In this document: piece by piece, positions 35,041-44,703 of the stretch
Layout of the letters: the number at the start of each line of letters is the position of its first letter
Position numbering within the stretch: the first letter of the stretch is position 1
DNA from: Candidatus Choladousia sp.
GTDB taxonomy: Bacteria; Bacillota; Clostridia; Lachnospirales; Lachnospiraceae
Direction of reading: 5' to 3'
DNA length: 64,000 bases
Assembly: GCA_045119335.1 (NCBI GenBank)
Contig: JBGVDJ010000022.1
Span: 30,547-94,546, forward strand
The notes under the pieces: model-generated
Database searches by the model: none
What the model was told of the DNA's origin: nothing
The model's input: only the letters and a program-made list of their open reading frames with translations
Translations under genes and position numbers: made by a program

Positions 35041-37611
35041 TTATTTTTTATAGAGCACCCGAACTGAATTCAGTACACACAGCATCGCAACACCGGAATC
35101 GGCGAATACTGCCATCCACATATTTGCGAAGCCAAGCAGACCGAGGATCATGACCGCAACCTTGATGACCAGTGCAAATACAACATTCTGAATTGCGATC
35201 CGGTTCGTTGCGCGTGCGATAGCAATGGAATCCGGAATGGATGTCACTGCCGTCTGCATAAATACGGCATCAGCAGCTTCGATTGCCGCATCAGCGCCGC
35301 TTCCCATAGCCGCTCCGACATCGGCGCCGGCCAGTACGGGAGCATCGTTGATACCGTCACCGACGAACATAACAGAACCGTGGCTGCTGCGTACATTGCC
35401 AAGCAGAGTCAGCTTATCCTGCGGGAGAAGCTTCGCATGAACTTCCCGAATCCCGGCTTCTGCAGCAACTGCCTTTGCGCTGCTCTCGGAGTCTCCGGTC
35501 AGCATGACTGTGTGCAGCCCCATTGCATTCAGACGTTTAACGGCAGATTCCGCATCCTGTTTCAGCGTGTCGGAAATCGGAATGGAGCCGGCAAACTGGC
35601 CGTCGATCGCAAGGAAAACTTCGGCACCGTAAGCAGTGTCCGCAGGCTGCTGTACCGCAATCCCGTATTTCGCCATCAGCTTGCGGTTTCCGCAGAGAAC
35701 GCGGCCTTCCGGGAGGAGTGCACGAATACCGTGACCGGCGATTTCCTCAAGCTCTGCCGGAGTATCCGGCACCAGATTTTTGGCCTTTGCAGCAGCAGTA
35801 ATGCTGTGCGCGATCGGATGAGTGGAATTCTGCTCGCAGCCGGCACAGATACGGAGCAGTTCATCTTCACTCCATGTTCCGACAGGGGCGATCTTCTGCA
35901 GCTGGAAGTTTCCTTCTGTGATTGTTCCGGTCTTATCCATTACAACTGCTTTTACCTGGCCGAGCGCTTCAATGGACAGACCTCCCTTGAACAGGATTCC
36001 GCGTTTGGAGCCGGCACCGATACCGGAGAAAAATGCCAGCGGTACGCTCAGCACAAGCGCACACGGGCAGCTCATAACGAGGAAGGTCAGCGCAGTATAG
36101 ATCCAGTAGTTCCAGTTGCCGGTGAAAATGGATGGCAGGATGGCTACAGCCAGAGCACCGAATACGACACACGGAGTGTAAACTCTGGAAAATCTTGTGA
36201 TAAAGCGGTCGATCTTAGGTTTGCTGGCCGCTGCATTTTCTACGGAATCGAGGATGCGGGATACCATGGATTCGGACAGGCGCTTTTCTACACGCATTTT
36301 CAGCTGACCGGAAGTATTGACACAACCGGAGGTCAGCAAGTCGCCGGATGTGACTGTGACCGGAACAGGCTCACCTGTGATCGGAGAAGTATCGATACGG
36401 CTGTTTCCTTCTACAATCACACCGTCGAGCGGAATACGGTCGCCCGGTCGGATCAGAAGGATATCACCGGGCACTGCGTCTTCAGCCGGAATGACCTGAA
36501 CCTCTTCACCGGAGAGCAGATTGACTACTTCGGGACGCAGGTCAATGGCATCCATAATCTGTCCGCGGCTGCGTTCCACAGCCTTGTGCTCGAAATACTC
36601 ACCGATGCGGTAGAAGAGCATGACACCGACAGCTTCCGGGTATTCGCGGATGGCAAATGCACCGATCGTTGCGATGCCCATCAGGAAGTTTTCATCGAAG
36701 ATCTGGCCGTGGGAAATATTCTTCGCGGCCTCCAGCAGAATCGGCCCGCCCAGGATTGCGTATGCAGCCAGATAGACCGGTAAGGTGCTCATTTCAGAGA
36801 AACCAAGGTGTTCCATTACTTCACCGGCGATAAAAAGAATAGCGCCGAGCAGGATTGTAATCGGATCCTCATATTTTTTAAAGAAAGATTCCTTTTGGAC
36901 AGCTTTGGCATCTTCAGAGTCAGAATCAGCAGATGGCCGGCTGACTGTCTGTGCAGCTTTGGAAACAGCATCTCTTGGAGTCACAGTTACCTGTGATTCG
37001 ATCGAGGAGCAGATGCTCTGAATCTGCGGCAGAAGCTTCTGCGGATCGTATGCGCTTACGCGGAGCTGTCCGGTAGCAAATGTAATAACTGCGGAATCAA
37101 CGTCAGGCAGCGCATTGATCTTTTCTTCCATTTTGGCGGCGCAGTGTGCGCAGCCGAGGTTTTTCAGAAGAAAAACTGCTGTGGTGGTGTCAGAGCAGTG
37201 TTCATCGTGGGTATGTTTGTGTCCTTCATGATGAGTGTGATCATGACTGCAGCCGCAATGCTCATCGTGGGTATGTTCGTGTTCTTCATGATGCCCGTGA
37301 TCATGTCCGCAGCCGCAGCGCTCATCGTGGGTATGTTCGTGTTCTTCATGATGCCCGTGATCATGTCCGCAGCCGCAGTGCTCATCGTGGGTATGTTCGT
37401 GTTCTTCATGATGCCCGTGATCATGTCCGCAGCCGCAGTGCTCATCGTGAGTATGTTCGTGTTCTTCATGATGCCCGTGATCATGCCCGCAGCCGCAGTG
37501 CTCATCGTGGGTATGTTCGTGTTCTTCATGATGCCCGTGACCATGTCCGCAGCCACATGCATCATCTCCGTGACAGAACGGAGTTCTGTTATGTCTTAAG
37601 ATATCATACAT
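35041..37611 (-). CDS. zntA: P1B-2 heavy-metal (Zn/Cd/Pb) translocating ATPase with His-rich N-terminal repeats
   Basis: GCAHCA metal-binding domain, TGEP, SCPCAL, DKTGT, GDGINDAP; start MYDIL at 37611 after AGGAG. Confidence 0.92.
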   Translation of the reverse strand: MYDILRHNRTPFCHGDDACGCGHGHGHHEEHEHTHDEHCGCGHDHGHHEEHEHTHDEHCGCGHDHGHHEEHEHTHDEHCGCGHDHGHHEEHEHTHDERCGCGHDHGHHEEHEHTHDEHCGCSHDHTHHEGHKHTHDEHCSDTTTAVFLLKNLGCAHCAAKMEEKINALPDVDSAVITFATGQLRVSAYDPQKLLPQIQSICSSIESQVTVTPRDAVSKAAQTVSRPSADSDSEDAKAVQKESFFKKYEDPITILLGAILFIAGEVMEHLGFSEMSTLPVYLAAYAILGGPILLEAAKNISHGQIFDENFLMGIATIGAFAIREYPEAVGVMLFYRIGEYFEHKAVERSRGQIMDAIDLRPEVVNLLSGEEVQVIPAEDAVPGDILLIRPGDRIPLDGVIVEGNSRIDTSPITGEPVPVTVTSGDLLTSGCVNTSGQLKMRVEKRLSESMVSRILDSVENAAASKPKIDRFITRFSRVYTPCVVFGALAVAILPSIFTGNWNYWIYTALTFLVMSCPCALVLSVPLAFFSGIGAGSKRGILFKGGLSIEALGQVKAVVMDKTGTITEGNFQLQKIAPVGTWSEDELLRICAGCEQNSTHPIAHSITAAAKAKNLVPDTPAELEEIAGHGIRALLPEGRVLCGNRKLMAKYGIAVQQPADTAYGAEVFLAIDGQFAGSIPISDTLKQDAESAVKRLNAMGLHTVMLTGDSESSAKAVAAEAGIREVHAKLLPQDKLTLLGNVRSSHGSVMFVGDGINDAPVLAGADVGAAMGSGADAAIEAADAVFMQTAVTSIPDSIAIARATNRIAIQNVVFALVIKVAVMILGLLGFANMWMAVFADSGVAMLCVLNSVRVLYKK
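37201..37560 (-). repeat. 60-bp coding tandem repeat x6 (HEEHEHTHDEHCGCGHDHGH)
   Basis: Six near-identical 60-nt units at 37201, 37261, 37321, 37381, 37441, 37501. Confidence 0.97.
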
Positions 37612-37647
37612 AATCCGGTCTCCTTTTTGTGTAGGAATCATATTAAT

Positions 37648-37667
37648 ATATGAATAACTGTTCATAT
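37648..37667. promoter_or_regulatory. SmtB/CzrA-type operator upstream of the metal ATPase
   Basis: ATATGAA-TAACTG-TTCATAT inverted repeat, resembling CzrA operators (TATATGAAC...TTCATAT). Confidence 0.75.
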
Positions 37668-38022
37668 GAAGATTTAAGCATATATTTGTTCCGTTGTCAA
37701 TAGCAGAATGCGGAAACAGAAAAAATAAAAACCTCTGTAAAGCCATCGGGCAATTACAGAGACTCACCTAATGTTCAGCTGCTGCGGAGCAGCACATTTA
37801 CCGGGAATAATCTATTTTTGCAAACGAAACGGTTGTAGCCGCCATTCTTTCCGGTAATACGGCGAGCTGACTGGATTTCCACACCGCGGCCGCAGTGGAA
37901 GAAATGCCCGTCATCCAGAGCAGAGATAAATATGTGGAAGGTCTGACTATCCAGATGAAACACAGGAACGTGAATTGGGCAGAAATGCATTGTTCCGGCG
38001 GCTGATCGGAAAAAATTCCCGT

Positions 38023-38052
38023 AAAAAAGTGATGCCCGAACGGACATCACTT
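38023..38052 (-). terminator. Terminator for the minus-strand small ORFs
   Basis: GTGATG(T/C)CCG-AA-CGGACATCAC stem with A6 on the + strand (U6 on the minus strand). Confidence 0.7.
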
Positions 38053-38223
38053 AAAAATAGACTCTACATACTGCCGCATCTCACTTCGTGATTTCACTTC
38101 CCTTGCACCGTCGATCACTTTCTGCTGCTCCGGTTGTGACAGACCGGAAAAGCGATTCAGGATATCCGAGTGCTGTGCAAGCTCCATCGTAAATCCGATA
38201 GGCAGTTCCTCATTATTGATCAT
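38047..38223 (-). CDS. Small hypothetical protein (58 aa), possibly OmdA/YdeI-like helical domain
   Basis: MINNEELPIGFTMELAQHSDILNRFSGLSQPEQQKVIDGAREVKSRSEMRQYVESIFK; GGAGGAG RBS. Confidence 0.7.
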   Translation of the reverse strand: MINNEELPIGFTMELAQHSDILNRFSGLSQPEQQKVIDGAREVKSRSEMRQYVESIFK

Positions 38224-38389
38224 TACCGTCTCCTCCGGGGCCGTCCTTGCGCGGTCTTGTGGACTCCGGCAGCGGCTCTGTGACCCGGGCCTGCTTTGGA
38301 TGGCCGATCTCATCTGTGCCGTGCGGCAGATCGATTTCCGGAATATTTCCGTCATCATATGCGTTGGTAGATTTATTTTTTTCTCTCAT
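38213..38389 (-). CDS. Small disordered hypothetical protein (58 aa)
   Basis: MREKNKSTNAYDDG...RKDGPGGDGNDQ; AGGAGG RBS; overlaps the next ORF start. Confidence 0.6.
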   Translation of the reverse strand: MREKNKSTNAYDDGNIPEIDLPHGTDEIGHPKQARVTEPLPESTRPRKDGPGGDGNDQ

Positions 38390-38502
38390 GACTGCCTCCT
38401 GTTGGTTTTTTGATCTGTCAGAGGAAATTACAAGGCATTCCCTCTGACATGAAATATTATCTCTATTAGCATATCCAGAAGAAGACAAATGATACATGGC
38501 AG

Positions 38503-40056
38503 TTACTGCTGCAGCAGTTTTTTCTTCAATTCAGATTCCCGGGTGGTGAAATCCAGCTTTTTCTGGTAACGTTCATACAGTTCGCTCGGGTATCTGCGCA
38601 GGAACGAAGCGAAGAGCGGATTCTGGCTCAGTGAGGAGAGAAATACAGTAAATTCCGCTCCGTCAGAAGCTGCGAGCAGCGCGATGCAGCGCTCCAGTTT
38701 CTGTGTCAGAAACGTCGCTTCTGATTCCTGTGAATTTCGGCGTTCCAGCAGGATGGATTCGCATGGAAGATCCGGGACAGTGCCGGAATCCTTTTCATTT
38801 TCCGGATAGGATGAACTCATATGCGGAGAATTTTCGGAAATAGCTGCCCGATATTCATACCCGAGTGAACGCAGTTCGTACAGAGAATGCTGCATTTTCT
38901 GAAGCTCCTGTTCGGAGGACAGTCCATGTTCTTTGCGGACAGTGAGGATTTCCTGTTCTTTTTTCAGAAAATCGGGTATCGCAGTCAGTCTTTTTTCTAT
39001 GTGCTGTTGTTTTCTGTAGCGTTCCAGTCGATCGAACAGACCGGAAAGCCGGTTCAGCTGTTCCTGATCCGCATCCCATTTCTGAAGCATTCCGCCGAAG
39101 CAGGACAGCATCAGATGGACCAGATGAAGTTTTGCGTCGAACTCGTTTCCGGACAGGATCCCGCTGCAGGATGCGGCGGCGGTTTCCTCTCCGTCCATCA
39201 TTGCAGGAACGGGAATCGTCTTTTTTCGTGACAGAAAAAGATGATAATATCCGGCAAAATCCTGCGCCAGATCTTCGCTGTGCAGATACTGGGCAATGAG
39301 AGCCGGTGTGACGGGAAAGTCCTGTGCTTCGTACTGCAGGAGCAGACAGGAAAGGTCCTCCCAGCCGCGCGCGGTAGCAAAGGATCTGTTGGAATAGCTC
39401 TGCTTCAGCAGATAAAAACTGTCGCGGTGGGTATCCAGATAGGAGAGGATGGCACCGTGGATATTCATCTCCAGTGCGTACGGCCGCCATGCGTCATAGT
39501 CAGCCTCCACCTCAATGTATTTCAGACGGTCCAGCGTTGCAATGTCGAACTCACGCACGGATTTGTTGTATTCCGGCGGATTGCCTGCGGCCGCCAGTAT
39601 CCAGCCGTCCGGCAGCCGATGGTTTCCGAAGGTCTTGGTCTGCAGGAACTGGAGCATGGCAGGGGCCAGTGTCTCGGATACACAGTTGATCTCATCAAGG
39701 AACAACAGCCCTTCCCGGCAGCCGCTCTCTTCAATGCAGGAAAAGACGGAGGCGATAATCTCGCTCATGGTATATTCTGTCACAGCATATTCCCGACCGT
39801 CAAATATGCGGCGCTCAATAAAGGGCAGACCGATGGCACTCTGGCGGGTGTGATGGGTCATGGTATAGGAAACGAAGCCAACCCCGCATTCAGAGGCAGC
39901 CTGTTCCATGACGGCGGTCTTGCCGATGCCGGGTGGGCCGATCAGCAGCAGCGGACGCTGGCGCAGTGCCGGAATTGCGTAAGCACCCCACTCGTTTTTT
40001 GCGGTATAAGTACGAATCGTGTGTATGATTTCCTGTTTGGCATCTCTGATGTTCAT
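38503..40056 (-). CDS. MoxR-like AAA+ ATPase
   Basis: PLLLIGPPGIGKT, HHTRQSAIGLP, LFLDEINC, AAGNPPEYN, TLDRL, TARGWEDLS. Confidence 0.88.
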   Translation of the reverse strand: MNIRDAKQEIIHTIRTYTAKNEWGAYAIPALRQRPLLLIGPPGIGKTAVMEQAASECGVGFVSYTMTHHTRQSAIGLPFIERRIFDGREYAVTEYTMSEIIASVFSCIEESGCREGLLFLDEINCVSETLAPAMLQFLQTKTFGNHRLPDGWILAAAGNPPEYNKSVREFDIATLDRLKYIEVEADYDAWRPYALEMNIHGAILSYLDTHRDSFYLLKQSYSNRSFATARGWEDLSCLLLQYEAQDFPVTPALIAQYLHSEDLAQDFAGYYHLFLSRKKTIPVPAMMDGEETAAASCSGILSGNEFDAKLHLVHLMLSCFGGMLQKWDADQEQLNRLSGLFDRLERYRKQQHIEKRLTAIPDFLKKEQEILTVRKEHGLSSEQELQKMQHSLYELRSLGYEYRAAISENSPHMSSSYPENEKDSGTVPDLPCESILLERRNSQESEATFLTQKLERCIALLAASDGAEFTVFLSSLSQNPLFASFLRRYPSELYERYQKKLDFTTRESELKKKLLQQ

Positions 40057-40073
40057 ATCAGGTCTCCTGTTCT

Positions 40074-41528
40074 TTAGAATTCGTCGGGCAGATGCAGATT
40101 CAGTCGGATCGCCCAGCCCGGGATCGCGTGTTTCTCAGTTTGGTTATTCAGAAATACGAATGCGGTATCCCACTGCGGCGGAGAATCCGGGAAAATTCCG
40201 TCCCCGTCCGTGAAATACAGCAGACCGCGCAGATGGCGGATCTCCTTTTCGTGGATCAGTTTATTCAGATAATCAAATACGGGCCGGAAGTCCGTATTCC
40301 CATGTCCGAGGATACGGATATCGGAAAGGGAAGCTTCCCATTCTTCGACACCCGTGAAAATGCGGTGCTCCTGGATCATGGAATCGCATTGGATCAGGTG
40401 GAGCCGCATCCTGGAGAAAAAGTTTTCACGCTGCCGCAGGATGCTCCATGTCTCCTCCAGAAAACGCTGTACGATGCGGCCGGAGCAGGAGCCGGAGGTG
40501 TCAATGGCGATGGCCAGCTCGTCGAGACGGTTGACTTCGCTGTATTCCAGCGGTTCCAGAAAGGAGATGCTCCGCGCAACAGGTTGATTACATGAAGCAC
40601 AGCGGGACTGTGCGGCATATGTGCGGATCTCGTCAGCATAACACTCCAGCCCGTAGCAGTATGGAATGTAATCGAAGGAGTCCATATCGAGCAGCGGTTC
40701 CTCTCTCGGTACGGCGAACTGTCTCAGAAACTTCCGGTAATCCATGTTGTCGTTTGGCTGCAGATCGGCTTCTTCTGAAGCGGTACCTCCACGACCGTTT
40801 CGCTGTCCTTCGGCGGCGGTGAGCAGCTTCGGCATTTTATTTTCCCAGTGCCTTCGGATCGTTTCCAGATAATCAAGCTGAGAATGATTCAGGTGAGCAT
40901 GCAAAGCAGAGGCTTCACGGGAGGTGCTGTCGCTCCCGATCGTTTTTGCATCGGGTTGATACAGATTCCGGAACCAGAACTGATGGGAATCCCGTGCGCA
41001 GGTGCCGGCGAGCCCGGGAAGCTCAGGACACGAGTCAAAAAGGCTGAGAATGGCTGCCGGATTGAATGGCGCAATTGCCGTTTTACCGGTCAAAGCTGCA
41101 AACTTTCTCAATAAGGTCATACTTTCTTCATCCCGGGACAGATGCGCGGCGAGAAGTTCTGTCGTCAGATCACAGGCCAGGTCCCAGCGCGCCGGATCTG
41201 TCCTGCTGCCCTGTATCAGATGCAGACAAAGGCAATGAATGTGCACGTGCAGATAGCTTTTTCGCAGATGAGCGGAATCTTCCAGAAAATTCTGCAGCAG
41301 GAGCTCAGGGTGGAAGAACAGATGAATTCCGTCTGTTCCAAGCGGTGCATCAAGTGATTCGCACGGTTCCTGCACCAGCTGTCCGAACGCTTCCGGAAAT
41401 GCCGGAAAGAGAACAAGCGCTTCCTCCTGAAGGAAACGCAGAATGCTGCAGGTCTGTCCCTGCTGCCTGTAATATGCGGTTTTACTGATCGGGATCGAAA
41501 CAGTGTCTGAAATTGTATGGTCCATCAT
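40074..41528 (-). CDS. DUF2201-type (metallopeptidase-like) N-domain + vWA domain protein
   Basis: LGTDG, YLHVHIHCLCLH, WDLACD; MIDAS AIDTSGSCS, GNTDFRPVF, LYFTDGDG; start at MMDHT approximate. Confidence 0.85.
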   Translation of the reverse strand: MMDHTISDTVSIPISKTAYYRQQGQTCSILRFLQEEALVLFPAFPEAFGQLVQEPCESLDAPLGTDGIHLFFHPELLLQNFLEDSAHLRKSYLHVHIHCLCLHLIQGSRTDPARWDLACDLTTELLAAHLSRDEESMTLLRKFAALTGKTAIAPFNPAAILSLFDSCPELPGLAGTCARDSHQFWFRNLYQPDAKTIGSDSTSREASALHAHLNHSQLDYLETIRRHWENKMPKLLTAAEGQRNGRGGTASEEADLQPNDNMDYRKFLRQFAVPREEPLLDMDSFDYIPYCYGLECYADEIRTYAAQSRCASCNQPVARSISFLEPLEYSEVNRLDELAIAIDTSGSCSGRIVQRFLEETWSILRQRENFFSRMRLHLIQCDSMIQEHRIFTGVEEWEASLSDIRILGHGNTDFRPVFDYLNKLIHEKEIRHLRGLLYFTDGDGIFPDSPPQWDTAFVFLNNQTEKHAIPGWAIRLNLHLPDEF

Positions 41529-41792
41529 TATTGCAGCCCTTTGCCATAAGTTCATATTTTCTGCTGCAATTTTATCATGGCTGAAAACGAATGACAATAT
41601 GAGGTGCACAAAGACAAAACAACTGAAGCAACAGACAGGAACAGATGGAGCACAGAGGTGAGCAGGCAGAGTGACAGATGAAAACAGGCAGACGGCAGAT
41701 GCGAGCAGGCAGAGCGACAGATATGAACAGTAAGACCCTGACAGGGCACATGCCGCCAGGGTCTGATATAATATCACATAAATTTTAACGGA

Positions 41793-42101
41793 TTATTCGC
41801 ACACATGCTCCAGTCCCTGCTTCATGATCGTAGCGACATGGTCATCTGCAAGCGAATAGTAAATGGTCTTTCCATCGCGGCGGAATTTCACGAGAGCCGC
41901 CTGTTTCAGAATCCGCAGCTGGTGGGAGATCGCGCTCTGCGTCATGGCGAGTTCGTCCGCAATATCCTGTACGCACAGTTCGTTCTCTATTAAGGTATGC
42001 AGAATCCTGATCCGGGTCGGATCTCCGAATACTTTGAATAATTCAGCGGCGCGAACCAGCGTATCCTCATCCGCGCGGATATCAGTTGTATGAACTGTCA
42101 T
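41793..42101 (-). CDS. ArsR/SmtB-family metal-sensing repressor (CzrA/ZiaR-like)
   Basis: FKVFGDPTRIRIL, CVQDIA, QSAISHQLRILK, alpha5 site DDHV...EHVCE. Confidence 0.92.
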   Translation of the reverse strand: MTVHTTDIRADEDTLVRAAELFKVFGDPTRIRILHTLIENELCVQDIADELAMTQSAISHQLRILKQAALVKFRRDGKTIYYSLADDHVATIMKQGLEHVCE

Positions 42102-42379
42102 GTTGTCACTCCAATCTCTCAGAAGGCCTCTGCTGTAAACGCAGCAGACACTTTGGAAAATACTGTACTTATTTTATCTGAAAAAACGAAATTGGTCAAA
42201 TGCATATTTTCAGGCGGGAAGATGTGTGATAAAATGAGCCGGAGCACCCGGCATACACGGTGGTTATGTGCTGCCGGACGGAAGGCTGATGGCAGGATCA
42301 GCCGCAGAAATGGCTGAATGCAGATGATAATGCAGATAATGAGGAAACGAAATTCTTTAGGCATTGGGAGGAAAAGAGC

Positions 42380-44569
42380 ATGGGAATTACCTATTTTGAG
42401 AGCGAACGCATTTTTCAGATTCAGACTGTCAATACGACGTATCTGTGCGGATTGACGGAGGACAATTATCTCGGACACATTTATTATGGAAAGAAGATGG
42501 AGGATCACAGAGCCGGATATCTCCTGCGAACGAACGAGCGGCCGTTTACACCGTCCGTGCTTCCGCGCGAGAAGAATACATTTCTGGATGCATTTCCCAT
42601 GGAATATCCGACCTGGGGAACGGGAGACTACCGGGAAAGCTGTCTGAATGTTCGTTCTGAGTCAGGAAGCTGCGGGTGCGAGCTGCGCTATGTGAGTCAT
42701 GAGATCATGAACGGCAAACCGAAGCTGGCAGGACTTCCTGCAACATTCGGAACAGAAGAAGAATGTCAGACACTGGAAATTATGTGTCAGGACGAAGTGC
42801 TGGGTTTTACGGTCGTGCTGAGCTACAGTGTATTCGCAGACAGTGATGCCATTGCGCGCAGCGTTCGAATTGAAAATAAATCGGAGAAGAACCTGTATCT
42901 GGAACGTGTGCTGAGCGCATCCATTGATATGGAAGATGAGAATTATGAACTGCTGACTCTGCACGGTTCCTGGGCAAGAGAGCGTCATATGGAACGCAGG
43001 CCGCTTGGTCATGGCAGACAGGGGGTAGGTTCCTTCCGCGGCAAGAGCAGTCATCAGGAACATCCGTTTGCCGCACTGCTGGGCAGACATACGACCCAGT
43101 CTCAGGGACCGGTATATGCAATGAATTTTGTTTACTCCGGAAACTTTACAGCGCAGGTGGAACTGACGCAGGCGGACAGTGTGCGCATGATGATGGGAAT
43201 CCATCCGGAAGGATTCTGCTGGAAACTGGCTCCGGGCGAGATGTTCCAGGCACCGGAGGTCATTCTGGTATATTCAGACTGCGGTCTCGACGGTATGACA
43301 CAGAATTTCCATGACCTTTATCGGAAACATCTGATCCGCAGTCCGTGGCTGCATCAGGAGAGACCGATCCTGATCAACAACTGGGAAGCTACTTATTTTG
43401 ATTTTAATACGGAAAAAATTCTTGAGATCGCAACAGAGGCGAAACGGCTCGGTATCGAGATGATGGTACTGGATGACGGCTGGTTCGGAGCACGTAATAA
43501 TGATGACAGCTCTCTTGGCGACTGGCAGGTAAACGAAGAGAAGCTGCCGGGCGGACTGAAGTATCTGGCAGATCAGATCACGGCGATGGGAATGAAGTTT
43601 GGTCTGTGGTTTGAGCCGGAGATGATCTCTCCTGTGTCAAAGCTGTACGAGGAGCATCCGGACTGGGCGATTCAGCTTCCGGGCAGAGAGCCGACGCAGA
43701 GCCGTGCCCAGTATGTGCTGGATCTGTCAAGACAGGAAGTAGTTGATCATATGTATGAGGCAGTTGCCGCAATTCTTCGGGAGGCAGAGATTTCCTATGT
43801 CAAATGGGATATGAACCGCGAGCTGACCGATCTGGGCAGTGCATACCTTCCGGCTGACCGTCAGGGCGAGCTGAGTCACCGGTATGTGCTGGGATTGTAC
43901 CAGATGCAGGAACGTCTGATCACGGAGTTTCCGGATCTTCTGCTGGAGAACTGCTCCGGCGGCGGTGCAAGATTTGATCCGGGTATGCTGTACTACAGTC
44001 CTCAGATCTGGTGTTCCGACGATACGGATGCGATCGAGCGTCTGGAGATTCAGGAGGGAACGGCGCTGATCTATCCGCTGTCCTGTATGGGCGCACACGT
44101 CAGTGTATGCCCGAATCATACAGTCGGAAGAAATACACCGTTTGAGACAAGAGGTCATGTGGCTCTGGCCGGTACGTTCGGATATGAACTGGATGTAACG
44201 AAGCTGTCTGAGGAGGAGCGCAGCCAGATTCCAGGTCAGGTGGAGATGTATAAAAAGTACAATGAACTGGTGCGGGAAGGTGATTACTGCCGTATTGCAT
44301 CAGTACGTGAGAATCATCTGTATGACTGCTGGCAGGTAACGGACAAGGAGAAGAAGGAGTGTCTGGTGACCTATGTACAGGCAAAAGCGAGACCGAATTA
44401 CCGCAGCAGAAAGATTTATCTGAAGGGTCTGAAGGCAGATGCGGTTTACCTGTTGGAAGAAACCCAGGAACAGTACAGAGGAGAAATGCTGATGAACGGC
44501 GGATTTCTGGTGCCGGAGTTCCAGGGAGATGCGATAAGCAGACTGTATCATTTCGTGGAAGCAGAATGA
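42380..44569 (+). CDS. Alpha-galactosidase, GH36
   Basis: LINNWEATYFDF, VLDDGWFG, FGLWFEPEM, YVKWDMNR, ENCSGGGARFD, WCSDDTD. Confidence 0.95.
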   Translation: MGITYFESERIFQIQTVNTTYLCGLTEDNYLGHIYYGKKMEDHRAGYLLRTNERPFTPSVLPREKNTFLDAFPMEYPTWGTGDYRESCLNVRSESGSCGCELRYVSHEIMNGKPKLAGLPATFGTEEECQTLEIMCQDEVLGFTVVLSYSVFADSDAIARSVRIENKSEKNLYLERVLSASIDMEDENYELLTLHGSWARERHMERRPLGHGRQGVGSFRGKSSHQEHPFAALLGRHTTQSQGPVYAMNFVYSGNFTAQVELTQADSVRMMMGIHPEGFCWKLAPGEMFQAPEVILVYSDCGLDGMTQNFHDLYRKHLIRSPWLHQERPILINNWEATYFDFNTEKILEIATEAKRLGIEMMVLDDGWFGARNNDDSSLGDWQVNEEKLPGGLKYLADQITAMGMKFGLWFEPEMISPVSKLYEEHPDWAIQLPGREPTQSRAQYVLDLSRQEVVDHMYEAVAAILREAEISYVKWDMNRELTDLGSAYLPADRQGELSHRYVLGLYQMQERLITEFPDLLLENCSGGGARFDPGMLYYSPQIWCSDDTDAIERLEIQEGTALIYPLSCMGAHVSVCPNHTVGRNTPFETRGHVALAGTFGYELDVTKLSEEERSQIPGQVEMYKKYNELVREGDYCRIASVRENHLYDCWQVTDKEKKECLVTYVQAKARPNYRSRKIYLKGLKADAVYLLEETQEQYRGEMLMNGGFLVPEFQGDAISRLYHFVEAE

Positions 44570-44655
44570 TCAGAGGAAAGATGTTCGAATCAGAAGCGCA
44601 TACAGTTTCGAATCAGTATGAAGAGCATGAGCCGGAACATTCATAAACAGGCATA

Positions 44656-44696
44656 AAGAACGGCAGTCTCTGCAAGTAGCAGAGCTGCCGTTTTTA
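44656..44696. terminator. Terminator between converging genes
   Basis: AACGGCAG...CTGCCGTT-TTT. Confidence 0.7.
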
Positions 44697-44703
44697 AGTG
44701 CGC

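Noticed and set aside
37775-38050. 91-aa minus-strand ORF
   Set aside because: It starts inside a terminator hairpin, lacks an RBS and has no recognisable domain.
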